A stretch of DNA of 64,000 nt from Eledone cirrhosa (taxonomy: Eukaryota). Below are positions 38,951-51,255 of the stretch, piece after piece. Below the pieces are notes generated by a model. That model saw nothing but the letters and a program-made list of their open reading frames with translations, had not been told where the DNA came from and made no database searches. The stretch covers positions 161,448,001 to 161,512,000 of the forward strand of contig OZ024743.1 in the NCBI GenBank assembly GCA_964016885.1. Direction: 5' to 3'. Position numbers and translations under genes: made by a program. How positions within the stretch are numbered: position 1 is the stretch's first letter; each line of letters opens with the position of its first letter.

Positions 38951-41900
38951 GAGCCATATTGTGGTGTATTTTCTGCAGGGTACGGAGGTGTGTTATTATA
39001 TGTTTGACCCTGAATACGAAAGCAATACAGGCCTCTGCCAGGTGATAAGGAAAGTTTAACACCAAATGAAGAGAAAGAAAATGCACAGTTGTAATTGGGA
39101 TGTTTCTGTGGAATGCTTCCTGGCCTCCTTCATAGAGATTTCGCAGTCTCTCAGGGTATATTTGCAATGGAGGCAGCACAACTTTTCCCTTACTACAACA
39201 GTTATAATTTGCATTTCTAAATTTCGAAGCTCAACAATGATCACACAAAACATTCATATTACCAATATGAAATTCTTCTACATTACCATTAATATTAATT
39301 GTTGGGTAATTTCTTCTACGACGCTCATTATGCATTCTATTGTGTGAAATTGAGCAGTTCTTCAGCATTCACGTTTTCTATTCTGAGTCTATGCACATCT
39401 CTCTGCTGATCAAGATAATGTGATCATTCATTCTTATGCATGTGATCTCACCTTTCTTGTTGCCTAAGCCGATCACACTGTAAATGTAATGCATGTTCTT
39501 CTGTAATCATATTATCTCTTCTTTCTTGTTGCCTGAGTCTTTCTTTCTCCAGCTATTCTTGAAACATATTTTCTCCTTTTTCTGTTGTCTTAATCTAGCT
39601 TGCTCTAAAACGACATGTCTCTGTTCTTCATTCATTTCCTCACTTCTCTGTTGTTGTCTTCTTTCTCTTTCTATTATTTCTTCTTGTTATTCATGTCTGA
39701 TCCTTGCACTTTATCTGTGCATTCTTTCTTAAACAGCTTGCAATCGTCTTTCTTTAGCGTAGAAAGAATAGATACATTTTATTAAGGGCTTCTTTGTGCA
39801 AATAATAAATGTATGTAATAAATTTCTTAATATAGATATATTAGGCACATGTATGAACTGCTAAGTTAAGGGTAAATGTGTATTTGTATATATGTAACAA
39901 AATTTGATACTCTTTTCAATAGAGTTATCACATAGATACATACACAGCGTTGTGTTCTATGAATCATTATTGTGTGTGTGTGTATATATACATTTATATG
40001 TATGAGTTACATATGTATACATTTATATGTATGAGTATATAAATGTAAAGGTGCAAACTCACATACACTCATGCACACATACACTCTCATATATACTCAC
40101 ACACATATACTAACACAAACACACAGACATACATTCACACAAATAAACACATAGCGTTTCACCACCCTTCCTTCCTCAGTCATCACATAGATTAATGTAA
40201 TAGTTATTTATGTATGTGTATGCGTAGATGTGTGTGTACTTCTGTTGTCTGTTTATGTATCTACATGTAGATGTGTGTGTATGCAACTTACGAAAGCATA
40301 ACATATGTTACGAACGAACGAAACACAAGCAGAATTATGATATGATTGCCCAACTAGTCTAAAATTCATGGAGTTGTGAATTTTTCCTCTTTCTTCTGCA
40401 TCAAAAAACCAGTTGTAGTCACATCCATCTCATCTCTGATTGGGATATTTAAGTCTGTCATACTTATTTCTTTTGTTAATCCAACAGTTATAGCACGCTT
40501 TAATTGAAACAGTGAACCATGAAACTTTATTAAACAGCCAATCAATCAACCTCCATCCAAGTAATTATCTCTTGCTCCCTCTACTTGCTCTAAACACTTT
40601 GCTTAATCCTTCTGCCCCAGAACCACAACTATTTGAAACTTCCTCCATCCCAACCCCTACCCATTGTTTTTCTACAGGTACCAACTTACTGAAATTCAAG
40701 CTGAATGTCAAGCACTTCATTAGCCTCAGGGTATGTAGTAAAGGTCATAGCAAGAGCTAAATGATATTGATATTTAATATTGACTGAATAATATTAATTT
40801 TAGGTCTAAGGTTGGTACAGTTAATGTTTATCTGCAACTGTTGCAGATTGATGAGTGTATGTAAACCATGAGCTGAGAAGGATTGAATGGGAGTCTTTAA
40901 TATATGTTTTGTGGAGTAAGATATGAGAATGATAAAAGGAGAGAATAATTGGGTGCATAAAATGGTACACAGTTCAGGTGGGGGATATTAGAGTAAGTAC
41001 AATGCTAGACTTGCAGTATTTTGTTACATACTTGTACATCCTAAGTTCATATCCTACCATAGTTGCCTTTGCTTTTTATCCTCCCAGCCTCAATAAAACA
41101 AGTATCTGTCCAGTTCAGGCCCAGAAGTCTTTTTGAGGTCCCAAGCATTTAAAACATTATGGTGCCCCTGCCCCCTATATATAATCTGCAAAAAATATTT
41201 TTTGTAGAATGTTAAATACATTTAATTCAAATGAAATAGTACTCCTTTCCCCTTGATGCCGCAAGCTTGTGTTTGTTTTGCTTCATGGTTAATCCACATC
41301 TTGTCAAGTACCAAAGTCCATTTAATTCCTTACTCTAGCACAAAATGTATGGTCTTGTGATTATATTGTATTATTAGGAATACTAGTAAGGTGAAAAATG
41401 ATGGTGGACTGGCAGAATAGTTATAATGTTGGACAAAATGCTTTGCAGCACTTGTTTAGGCTCTTTACATTCTGAGTTCAAACTTCAACTTTGTCTTTCA
41501 TCCTTCCGATATCACTAAAATAAAGTACCAACTGGGTTCGATTTAATCAACTTTCCCCTTATCCAAATTGTTGGCCTTGTGCCTGAATTAGAAATCTTTA
41601 TTAGTAGAAACATGAAATAGAAATGCATTCAAAGTTTAAATCCCAATGATAAGTAACAGTAGTTTACTAGATGAATTTAGTCACTTGTAACCTTCTATGA
41701 ATTTTCTTTATTTTTATTTTTAGTGGTTCGTCAGGAGGAAAGGTAGTGTCTATGATCCTTTTCAGGTTCTCTGGGGGTGGTAAGACTTGAGAGAAAGAGG
41801 AAGATGAATGCTTGTAAAAGCACCAATCAACCATGTTTAAAATTAAGCAATGAATTAAGTCTACCCAAAGACTCCATTGTGTAGTGTAAACTGACAATAC

Positions 41901-42844
41901 AAAACACCAGAACAAGTCTCAACACATCCTCTGAAGGATTAAAGGCAAATTTGAGCTTGGTGGAATTTGAACACAGAACACAAGTAGCCAGAATAAACAC
42001 CACAGGTTATTTCATCTGATGCTCTTATACTTTTGCCAATTTGCTGACTAGAAATGTGGAGTCTTATGTCAATGTGAAATATCATTATTATGATGGCTAA
42101 TCCATATTGATAGATTTCTAAGAAAAGGGCATAATGAATTGTATTTAATTTTACTCTGTTATTAATAATTTATCAAAATCTATAAATATGAAAGTCAAAA
42201 TCAATCTAGTAGGATTTGAATTTAAAATCTAGAAGGGTGGAACTAAATATGACAGGATATCTAATCCAGCATTGTATCATGTCTGCCAGCTCCATCAAAA
42301 CAGAACTACTACTCGTCCTACTAAAAATGTCCTTTAATTCTCACCCAATGATTTTGAAAGACAGAAGGAAACATTGCAGTTCTTATTAAAGATCCCATAA
42401 CTCCTTGTGGAGTCGTAGAGGCACCATAATACAGCCTGTCTAGGCCACTTTTAAACCTGGCAGAGCCCAACCCTCTCCAGGTCTGAACACAGCCCATTTT
42501 TTTCTATAGAGGAAGAATCGACCCCAGTACTGGACTGGTACTTTTTTTATTGACCTCAAAAGGATGAAAGGCAAAGTTGACCATGGTGGGATTTGAACTC
42601 AGAGTGCGCAATGAGGTGGGACGAATACTATAAAGCGTTCTATCCCATGTCTTAACGACTCTGACAATTCACCACCTTTAGTTCTTGTTACATTATGCTA
42701 AAAAGAAATATGGAATTGTTATAGTTGAAACATCTTTGATCATATATATGCTCAATCAAAGTTGATCTGAGGCTAAGCAACAACAATTCTATTGAGCTTT
42801 ATATGAATGTTGATATTATTATATATCTGTTTGTTTCAATTTAG

Positions 42845-43048
<204 letters not shown>

Positions 43049-43970
43049 TAATGCCTACTCACTCTACTAGCAAGGGTTAGGCAGGTTGTTAGCAAACCAG
43101 GTTGGTACTCAGTGGAGGTACTGACCCTACAGGGTGCCAGAAGACTTCATCTTTCTTGCATTCCTGTAACCTACCAAATATTCAGATGGGTCAGTGGCCC
43201 ATGACTCACTTATATTTGTCCCCATGCACTACCAATTGCATTTTATTGTGACACAAAAAGTAGGGTGATTGTCATATCTTTGACACAGCTGAGGAGTCAC
43301 TCACATGAATATATCTAACATAATATATTAAGAAGTGTGAGATAACTACATGGTAATATAGTTATATGGAGGCTGGAAAGAAATGAAAATAGCATGATCC
43401 AATTGATGTGTTAATCTACAGGAAAGACAGATTTCAAGTGAACTGAGAGAATAGTTAGATATTAAAGGTATCAAGTTGATGTAAGTGAGATGAATATGTT
43501 GGTATTAAGATATGATGTGAATGTTGTATATCATTTAAGAGTATCTCTATTTACTGTGGTGAATTCCAACTCACAAGTGAGATAAGTCCACCACAGAATT
43601 GTTGTTAAAATGTGGGCTGGCCTGCATATCGTTTTCTCCACATAGAACTTCAGATTGGACTTCTATCCATGTATTACAAACTGAAGTGGGCCTCTGTAGG
43701 ATTCCAGCAATGTGTACTAATTGTTCGATTAATGGTATAGCCAACTCATGAAATTCATGTGAGAGATTAAATATTTTTGACATATAATGTTAATGCAGTT
43801 CTCAGGGAGATTCAATATGATACAGTGTGATGAGATTAGCTCTTTGAATTGCAGGTAAGGTACAGTCTAGGTAGCAGGCTTCTAAATAGGTTTTGTCTAT
43901 CCAATTCCATTCAAGGCTTGGATTGACCTAAGGCTGCAGTAAATACATTTGCCCAAGATGCCACACACAG

Positions 43971-44003
<33 letters not shown>

Positions 44004-44194
44004 TATATATATAACAGGCTTCTGAAATGTCTTTCAAATTATATTCAATAAGGCATTGGGAAACCTGAGCCAATGTTATATACAAGCTATAATATGAAAC
44101 CCAGAACCACATGGTTGCTACCTACATAGCCATGCCTGCAACCTGGAATTGCATCATTTTTTGGAGTCTTTCTGCTTTCTACTTCTTTTGACAG

Positions 44195-44286
44195 GATCGG
44201 TTGTATTTTGTGATGGAATATGTTAATGGTGGTGATCTTATGTACCGAATCCAGCAGGAGGGCAAGTTTAAAGAACCAGTGGCGGT
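44195..44286 (+). CDS. PKC: PKC kinase exon (subdomain V)
   Basis: gacag acceptor and gtaagt donor; [31 protein letters not shown]. Confidence 0.96.
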
Positions 44287-44479
44287 GTAAGTTGCCTTCA
44301 GCTTTTTATCTTGTAATGTTTTTTAATGCCATTGCCACACAACTGTATATATAGTCACTATGTCATAACTCTTTCTCTAATGCATCATCATCATATTACT
44401 GTAGTGTACTGTTGTGTTACTGTTCTATCACTGTGTTATTGAGCTGCTGTACTCTTCCGTTGCTATTATAATAATAATG

Positions 44480-44790
44480 AAAATATTGTGTACAGTGCTC
44501 AGGTGCACTACACCTCATCAAAAGTGTATGTATAGTACATAGGGTAATATACAAACGTCAGGAAAATGAACAGTGCATGAGTCATGATATACACATGTGT
44601 GCATGTGTATGGAAGGGGGACACCAGGTGAAGTTTTGGCGAATTTCGGGAAGCATGAGGGTTTTAAAGGATGCAGTGTCTCGGCAGCTAACAACTGACGC
44701 AGGCAGTTTGTTCCATGCTTCAGCAACTCTAAGCGTGAAAAAATGTTTCCGAAAGTCATGGGAGCTGTGCTGTTTTCTGACTTTGCCTGA
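44480..44790 (-). mobile_element. CR1-group LINE 3' fragment
   Basis: KVRKQHSSHDFRKHFFTLRVAEAWNKLPASVVSCRDTASFK, a typical CR1-like ORF2 C-terminus. Confidence 0.75.
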
Positions 44791-45235
44791 TAGTGGGGTT
44801 TGAAACCATTTAAAAAATGGAAAAGGATGCGTATTGACATACATGTACGTCAATATTATCCTTTTCCATTTTGAGAGGGTTCTAAACCCCACTATCAGGC
44901 TAAAATTTCTTTAGACAAAAATATGGTGAACGCTTCTATTTCTACTAAACTTCAAACTTCACTCGCTTCAAACTTCACTTATTTGTCATATGAATTTCAG
45001 TCCTAGATAGGAAACCTACTTCTGGAATTGTGGTATAGACAAATGACAATGAAATTAGCTTTTACCATAACAATCTCTGGGTGATTTTTATGAAAGGTGT
45101 GAAGGCACTTCAACTAAAGATAGGCTAATTTAAAGGGGGAATAGATAGTTAAATCATTAGTCATCTTGTTTTTACTAGCTACCTATTAAATATAATATAA
45201 TTGATTTATTACCAATATAAAAATAGATTTTATAA

Positions 45236-46283
45236 GTGGCCGATGCTCAGGTGCAATAAGTAGCAAGTGCCCACAGGATACTAGCTCCTATTGCCCAGAT
45301 GGTTCTATAGAAATAGTGGACACTTTCTGTTACCTGGGTGACAAAATCAGCAGTGGTGGAGGGTGCTCTGAAAGTACAGTAGCCAGAGTCAGAACGGGAT
45401 GGAAAAAGTTCAGAGAGCTTATACCACTGTTGGCCACAAAAGGTTTCTCTCTCAAAATGAAAGGCAGATTGTATGATGCCTGTATACGAACAGCAATGTT
45501 ACATAGCAGTGAGACATGGGCATTGCATGCAGAGGACCTGCGCAGACTGGAAAGGAATGAAGCATGCATGCTCCATTGGATGTGTAATAGTAATATATAC
45601 ACAAACGGCAAAACATAAATGAACTAAGTGAGAACTTAGGAATAAAAGGGATCAGATGCTGTTTACTTGAGAGAAGACTATGTTGGTATGGTCACATGGT
45701 GTGCATGAAAGACGACAGCTGTATAAAAAAGTGCAGGGCAATCAAAATTGATGGACGTTACGGAGCAGGTAGACCCAGAAAAACCTGGGACGATTTGATA
45801 AATTCCGACCTTACACACTTGCACTTCTCTAAGACAATGTCACTGGACCGAGATCTTTGGTACTACGTAGTAATACAGAAGACCCGCCTTGCCTATATAC
45901 AAAGCGAAACCTACAGTCAGTAGGCACCTCTTAACCAAACATACACCCCAACCCACTACCCCTACTCCATCCTCCCACTCCCACCAACACAACCCTTTCT
46001 TTGTAAAGTTATGTTGGTACCACAACATCCAGTCCAAAATAAATGAGGTCGTGTAGGTGTAACGACAAAAAAAACACACAGTCCACGCTGTAATGTTGCC
46101 GTGTAGGTAACACGGTAAAAACCTCCCAGTCCACACTGTAAATGTGGTTGGTGTTAGGAAGGACATCCAGCCATAGAAAACCTGCCAGATAGTCCTATAC
46201 GAGCGAGACACAGTCACCCGACCAATCTTGCCTTAAGTGGGACAACTCCCATCTAACCCATGCTTGCATGGAAGATAGACGTT
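45236..46283 (+). mobile_element. RTE LINE 3' portion ending ~45 bp before a PKC acceptor
   Basis: ORFs 45316-45618 and 45696-45923; ttaaacgatgatgatg tail. Confidence 0.9.
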
Positions 46284-46326
46284 AAACGATGATGATGATG
46301 ATAAACATTATTTATTTATTTTTCAG

Positions 46327-46389
46327 ATTTTATGCAGCAGAAATTGCAATAGGCCTTTTTTACCTTCATCATCAAGGTATAGTTTACAG
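46327..46389 (+). CDS. PKC: PKC kinase exon (subdomain VIa)
   Basis: tttcag acceptor and gtgagg donor; FYAAEIAIGLFYLHHQGIVYR. Confidence 0.96.
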
Positions 46390-46867
46390 GTGAGGTAAAA
46401 ATTATATACATGTGTCTTATTATGATAGTTTTGTTTTGTAAGAAATACTTGTTCTGATATTAAGGATTTACACTGACTTATTAGTTCTCAATTTTATAAG
46501 ATCAAACCTATAATTTTGTGTACACCATGATGATTGTCATGGTATGTTTGAGATAAGTATTAAGCTCTTTACTTGCTTGGCTCTACCTAGTATGAGCCAC
46601 ACCTACTTCAGATATGAATATTTTATAATAGAAAAATGAATACTGATTTTATATACCTCCACAATTCATTTGCAAATACTCATATTTACTGAATCATTCT
46701 ATTTATGCAGTATGATAATAGGAATAAAATATGAATGTATTCTTAACTATTTTTTATCATTATTTAAGTGAAATCACCATAATATTATACTTACTGCATT
46801 ATCAACACACAGCCTTCTGTTCCTGATACTCTCTTGTATACCATCTCTTATTATAATCTATTTATCA

Positions 46868-48798
46868 ATCTGGAACGGTGGGACACCATGGTCACCCGGA
46901 TAGTAAACCAAGTCATACAGAATGGAGTTGTTCCAAAGGACTGGCGTAGCAGCATCATCATTAACTGCTACAAGGGTAAAGGAGATGCCATAGATAGGAG
47001 TAACTATAGAGGCATTAAATTAATCGACCAGGTCATGAAGGTCACGGAAAAAGTAATAGCGCAACTAATCAGAGAGAGAATTGATCTAGATGAAATGCAA
47101 TTCGGTTTTGTGTCAGGCAAAAGTACCACAGACGCTCTTTTCATTGTACAACAACTACAGGAGAAGTACCTAGCTAAAAGTAAACCCCTATACTTAGCTT
47201 TTGTTGACTTGGAGAAAGCCTTCGACAGAGTCCCCCGTTCCATTATCTGGTGGGCTCTTAGAAAACTAGGTGTTGACGAATGGCTTGTGAGAGCTATACA
47301 AGCCATGTATAAAGAAACAGTCAGCAAGGTTAGAATTAACAACGAATATAGTGAAGAGTTTAGTGTAAAAGTTGGTGTTCATCAGGGCTCTGTTCTTAGC
47401 CCCCTACTATTTATTATTGCCCTTCAGGCTATAACAGTGGAGTTCAAGACCGGCTGCCCATGGGAACTCCTATACGCAGATGATCTAACGCTCATAGCTG
47501 AATCAATGGCCGAGCTAGAGAAGAAATTCCAAACATGGAAGCACGGCCTAGAATCAAAAGGCCTTAAAATTAACCTGGCTAAGACTAAAGTTCTAGTTTG
47601 TAGGAAAGAAAATAAGGCGCCGGTCCCTAACGGGAAAAGGCCATGCTCAGTGTGTAGGAAAGGCGTAGGTAGAAACTCCATTTTATGTCCCAAATGCAAA
47701 GTATGGGTGCATAAAAGATGTAGTGGGATCACAGGTAAGCTAACTAAGAACATAGATTTTACATGTGGCCGGTGCTCTGGTGCAATAAGTAGCAGCAAGT
47801 GCCCACAAAATACTAGCTCTTTCAATTGCGCAGAGGGTTCTATAGAAATAGTGGACAGCTTCCGTTACCTGGGTGACAAAATCAGCAGTGGGGGAGGGTG
47901 CTCTGAAAGTACAGTAGCTACAGTCAGAACTGGATGGAAAAAGTTCAGAGAGCTTATACCACTATTAGCCGCTAAAGGGTTCTCCCTAAAAATGAAAGGC
48001 AGGTTGTATGATGCCTGCATACGAACAGCAATGTTACATGGCAGTGAGACCTGGGCATTGTGTGCAGAGGATATACGCAGACTAGAGAGGAACGAAGCTT
48101 GCATGCTCCGCTGGATGTGTAATAGTAATATACGTGAACGGCAAAGTATAAACGAACTAAGGAAAAAATTAGAAATAAGAGAGATCAGATGTTGTTTACT
48201 CGAGAGAAGGCTACGTTGATATGGTCACATGATGCGCATGAAAGACGACAACTGTATAACAAAGTGCAAGGCAATAAAGATAGACGGTAGCCACGGAGTA
48301 GGCAGACCCAGAAAAACCTGGGACGAGCTGATAAATTCCGACTTCACACACTTACACCTCTCCAAGACAATGTAACTGGACCGAGACCTTTGGCGGTACT
48401 CAGTAATAGAGAAGACCCGCCTTACCTAAATACAAAGTAAAACCTACTACAGTCAGTAGGCATCTCTAACAAAATACACCCCCACCCCATCCACACCGCC
48501 CCTTTCAATGTAAAGTTATGTTGGTGCCACAACATCCAGGCCAAAACAAATGAGATCGTGTAGGTGTCACGACAAAAAAAACATACAGTCCACGCTGTAA
48601 TGTGGCTGTGTAGGCAACACGGTAAAAACCTCCCAGCCCCACACTGTAAATGTGGTTGGTGTTAGGAAGGGCATCCAGCTGTAGAAAACCCGCCAGACAG
48701 TCCTATGCGAGCAAGACAATCACTCTTGCCTCAAGTGGGAAAACTCCCGTCCAAACCCATGCAAGCGTGGAACACGGACGTTAAACGATGATGATGAT
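46868..48798 (+). mobile_element. Young RTE LINE, 5'-truncated (RT domain to tail), with premature stops near the 3' end
   Basis: ORF to 48219 with NYRGIKL, QFGF, FVDLEKAFDRVP, GVHQGSVLSP, YADDL, YLGD; TGA replaces the W codon; (GAT)n tail. Confidence 0.95.
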
Positions 48799-49897
48799 AT
48801 ATCTCTCTTTCTTTCTCCCCCTCTATCTATATATATCTTCAATCTATCTCATTTCAAGTTATATCAACATTATTATCATTTAACATCTGTTTTCCTTGCT
48901 AACAAGAGTTGGATGGGTCACCACAGACCAAGTATGTACACAAGTAGGGCTACTGACCTCTCAGAGGGGCAGGGGACCTGTCTTGCTCACTTATGTCCCC
49001 ACTCTGTACAAAGATGGTTGAGCAGACTAGGGAGCTGCATGATGTTTACAAAAACGTTTTCACACTCTACCAAGTGCAATTTATTGTGGCACCAGCACTA
49101 GGGAGGTCACCATTCCACTCTATTACTTTAAAGCTTCTGTCTGATCAATATCCCTACACTATCTTACAAATTACTTTGCCAGTATGTGAAGGAGGCTATT
49201 CCAATGATATCTTGAGGATATGTCTAAATGGCAAGATCCGTTGTAACATCACTCCAATTAAAATATTGATGATGTATGTAGCCAATCTGTTGTGAATACA
49301 CATTGATAGCTCTAGGATACTTAACAATTTTTCATACATCCTGTCCCAACAATGTCATATATCATCTTCAATTGTTTTATTCCTTCAGTATGGGCATCCT
49401 TAGCCTGACTGATGATATATATACTCAAGCTGTTGCATCAACATCTTTTTTCTGTTGTTTAGCCCAAGGTGAACCCTGATTGAGCAGACCTATGATCTAA
49501 GACATTTCCACTATGACTTTCCTGTCTTTAATTTAGGCATAGTGTATCAAGGATTACTTCATCCAATGTGCTTTTTTAGGATAGAAGGGTATGATTTGAG
49601 GGAGATTATTGCTCTTATTTCCAACAGGGTGTGACTATGAAGTTGTTCTAACACTGATTATAGTATTAATGGTTTTGATAGTGGTGGTGTTGTGTAGACC
49701 TATGATCAAACATTCCAGTCTCAACTATTTCTAGCATGTAAAACTACTTCATAGAGGCTATTATATTGACTCTAAGGATGCTGTCTCTAAAAGGCTATTT
49801 AACCTTTTCTTGATTATTTTAGACAAGGCCTTTATTTCCTAAACAAATAATAAAAGAAAAAGAAAGCTGCAATCATTTAATTTTTATCTTTTTCTGA

Positions 49898-50098
<201 letters not shown>

Positions 50099-50355
50099 TA
50101 AAATATAGAGAGCACTTTTGCTTTATGTGAGCCAAATTAAAATATAGAAACCTCTCTTAATTTATGATTTTTTACGGTTTAGTGAGAGGAGGGAGTGCAG
50201 AACCATGATCTTTTATGGACCTCTGAGAGAAAATCAAGAAGCCATCGTAGTAGGCACTGCTTGGAAAAGTTGGCTAAATCATATCTCGTTACAGATGTTA
50301 CTACCTCAATAATCAGATATACACAACACCCCAAAACAATAAAACAAACAGTTTA

Positions 50356-50791
50356 GTTCATGGAAAAATGAGAAAACTCATTGTTAGAACAGCTGTTAGA
50401 CCAACCAAATGCTGTCAATGACAGCGATGGACAAAAATGCCTCAGAGGACAGAGACCAGCGGTCGGCAGAGAGACAGTCCAGGAATTTTGTAAAAGCGGA
50501 GGAAGACAAGGTGAATTGTGTTGCTGCACAGAAATATAGAAAAGATTAAGAGAGGAGGAGAAGAAGAAGTGTGTTGGTGCACAGAAGTCACTTCCATGTG
50601 CTGACACACTTCTTCTTGTCTTCCTCCTCTCTCAATCTTTTCTATATTTCATCTGTCTGTCACCCACCTTGTAGATTGTCTTTCTGATGACCACTGGCTG
50701 CTGGTCTCTGTCCTCTGAGGCATTTTTGCCCATTGCTGTCTTTAGCTGTTTTAACAGCTGTTCTAGTGAGTTTTCTCATTTTTCTATGAAT
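50356..50791. mobile_element. Foldback MITE-like element of ~435 bp
   Basis: Extended imperfect inverted arms centred near 50590 (gaagaagtgtgttggtgcac / gtgctgacacacttcttc). Confidence 0.75.
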
Positions 50792-51039
50792 TCAAATATA
50801 CTTCACTTCGTCTTGAGACAACAATACTTATTCATGAAACAGTTTAGTATTTAGAGTTAATTCTTTTACAATTTCTTTGTCATATTTAACCTGGGCAGAG
50901 CTGCAGTCTTATGTATGATCTTCCTGAACTAATAAGGTTGATATAATAATTGCTATTCAAAGTGTGATTAATATTCAGATCTGTATAATTCACCATATTC
51001 ACAGTATCTATTCAAGACTATATTTCTATCCATAACTAA

Positions 51040-51255
<216 letters not shown>

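Larger units (their letters stand above)
34679..40345 (-). mobile_element. Decayed autonomous Helitron (RepHel pseudogene) with both termini
   Basis: Minus-strand fragments: Cys-rich N-terminus, LLQQYVVDAY, ILPSSFTGSPR, GKPD...TCNP, HUH motif VIEFQKRGLPHCH, Walker A APGGCGKT, NGTRL, QFP...MTINKSQ, FSHGQLYV; 5' A|TC at 40345 and 3' hairpin plus CTAG|T at 34679. Confidence 0.88.
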
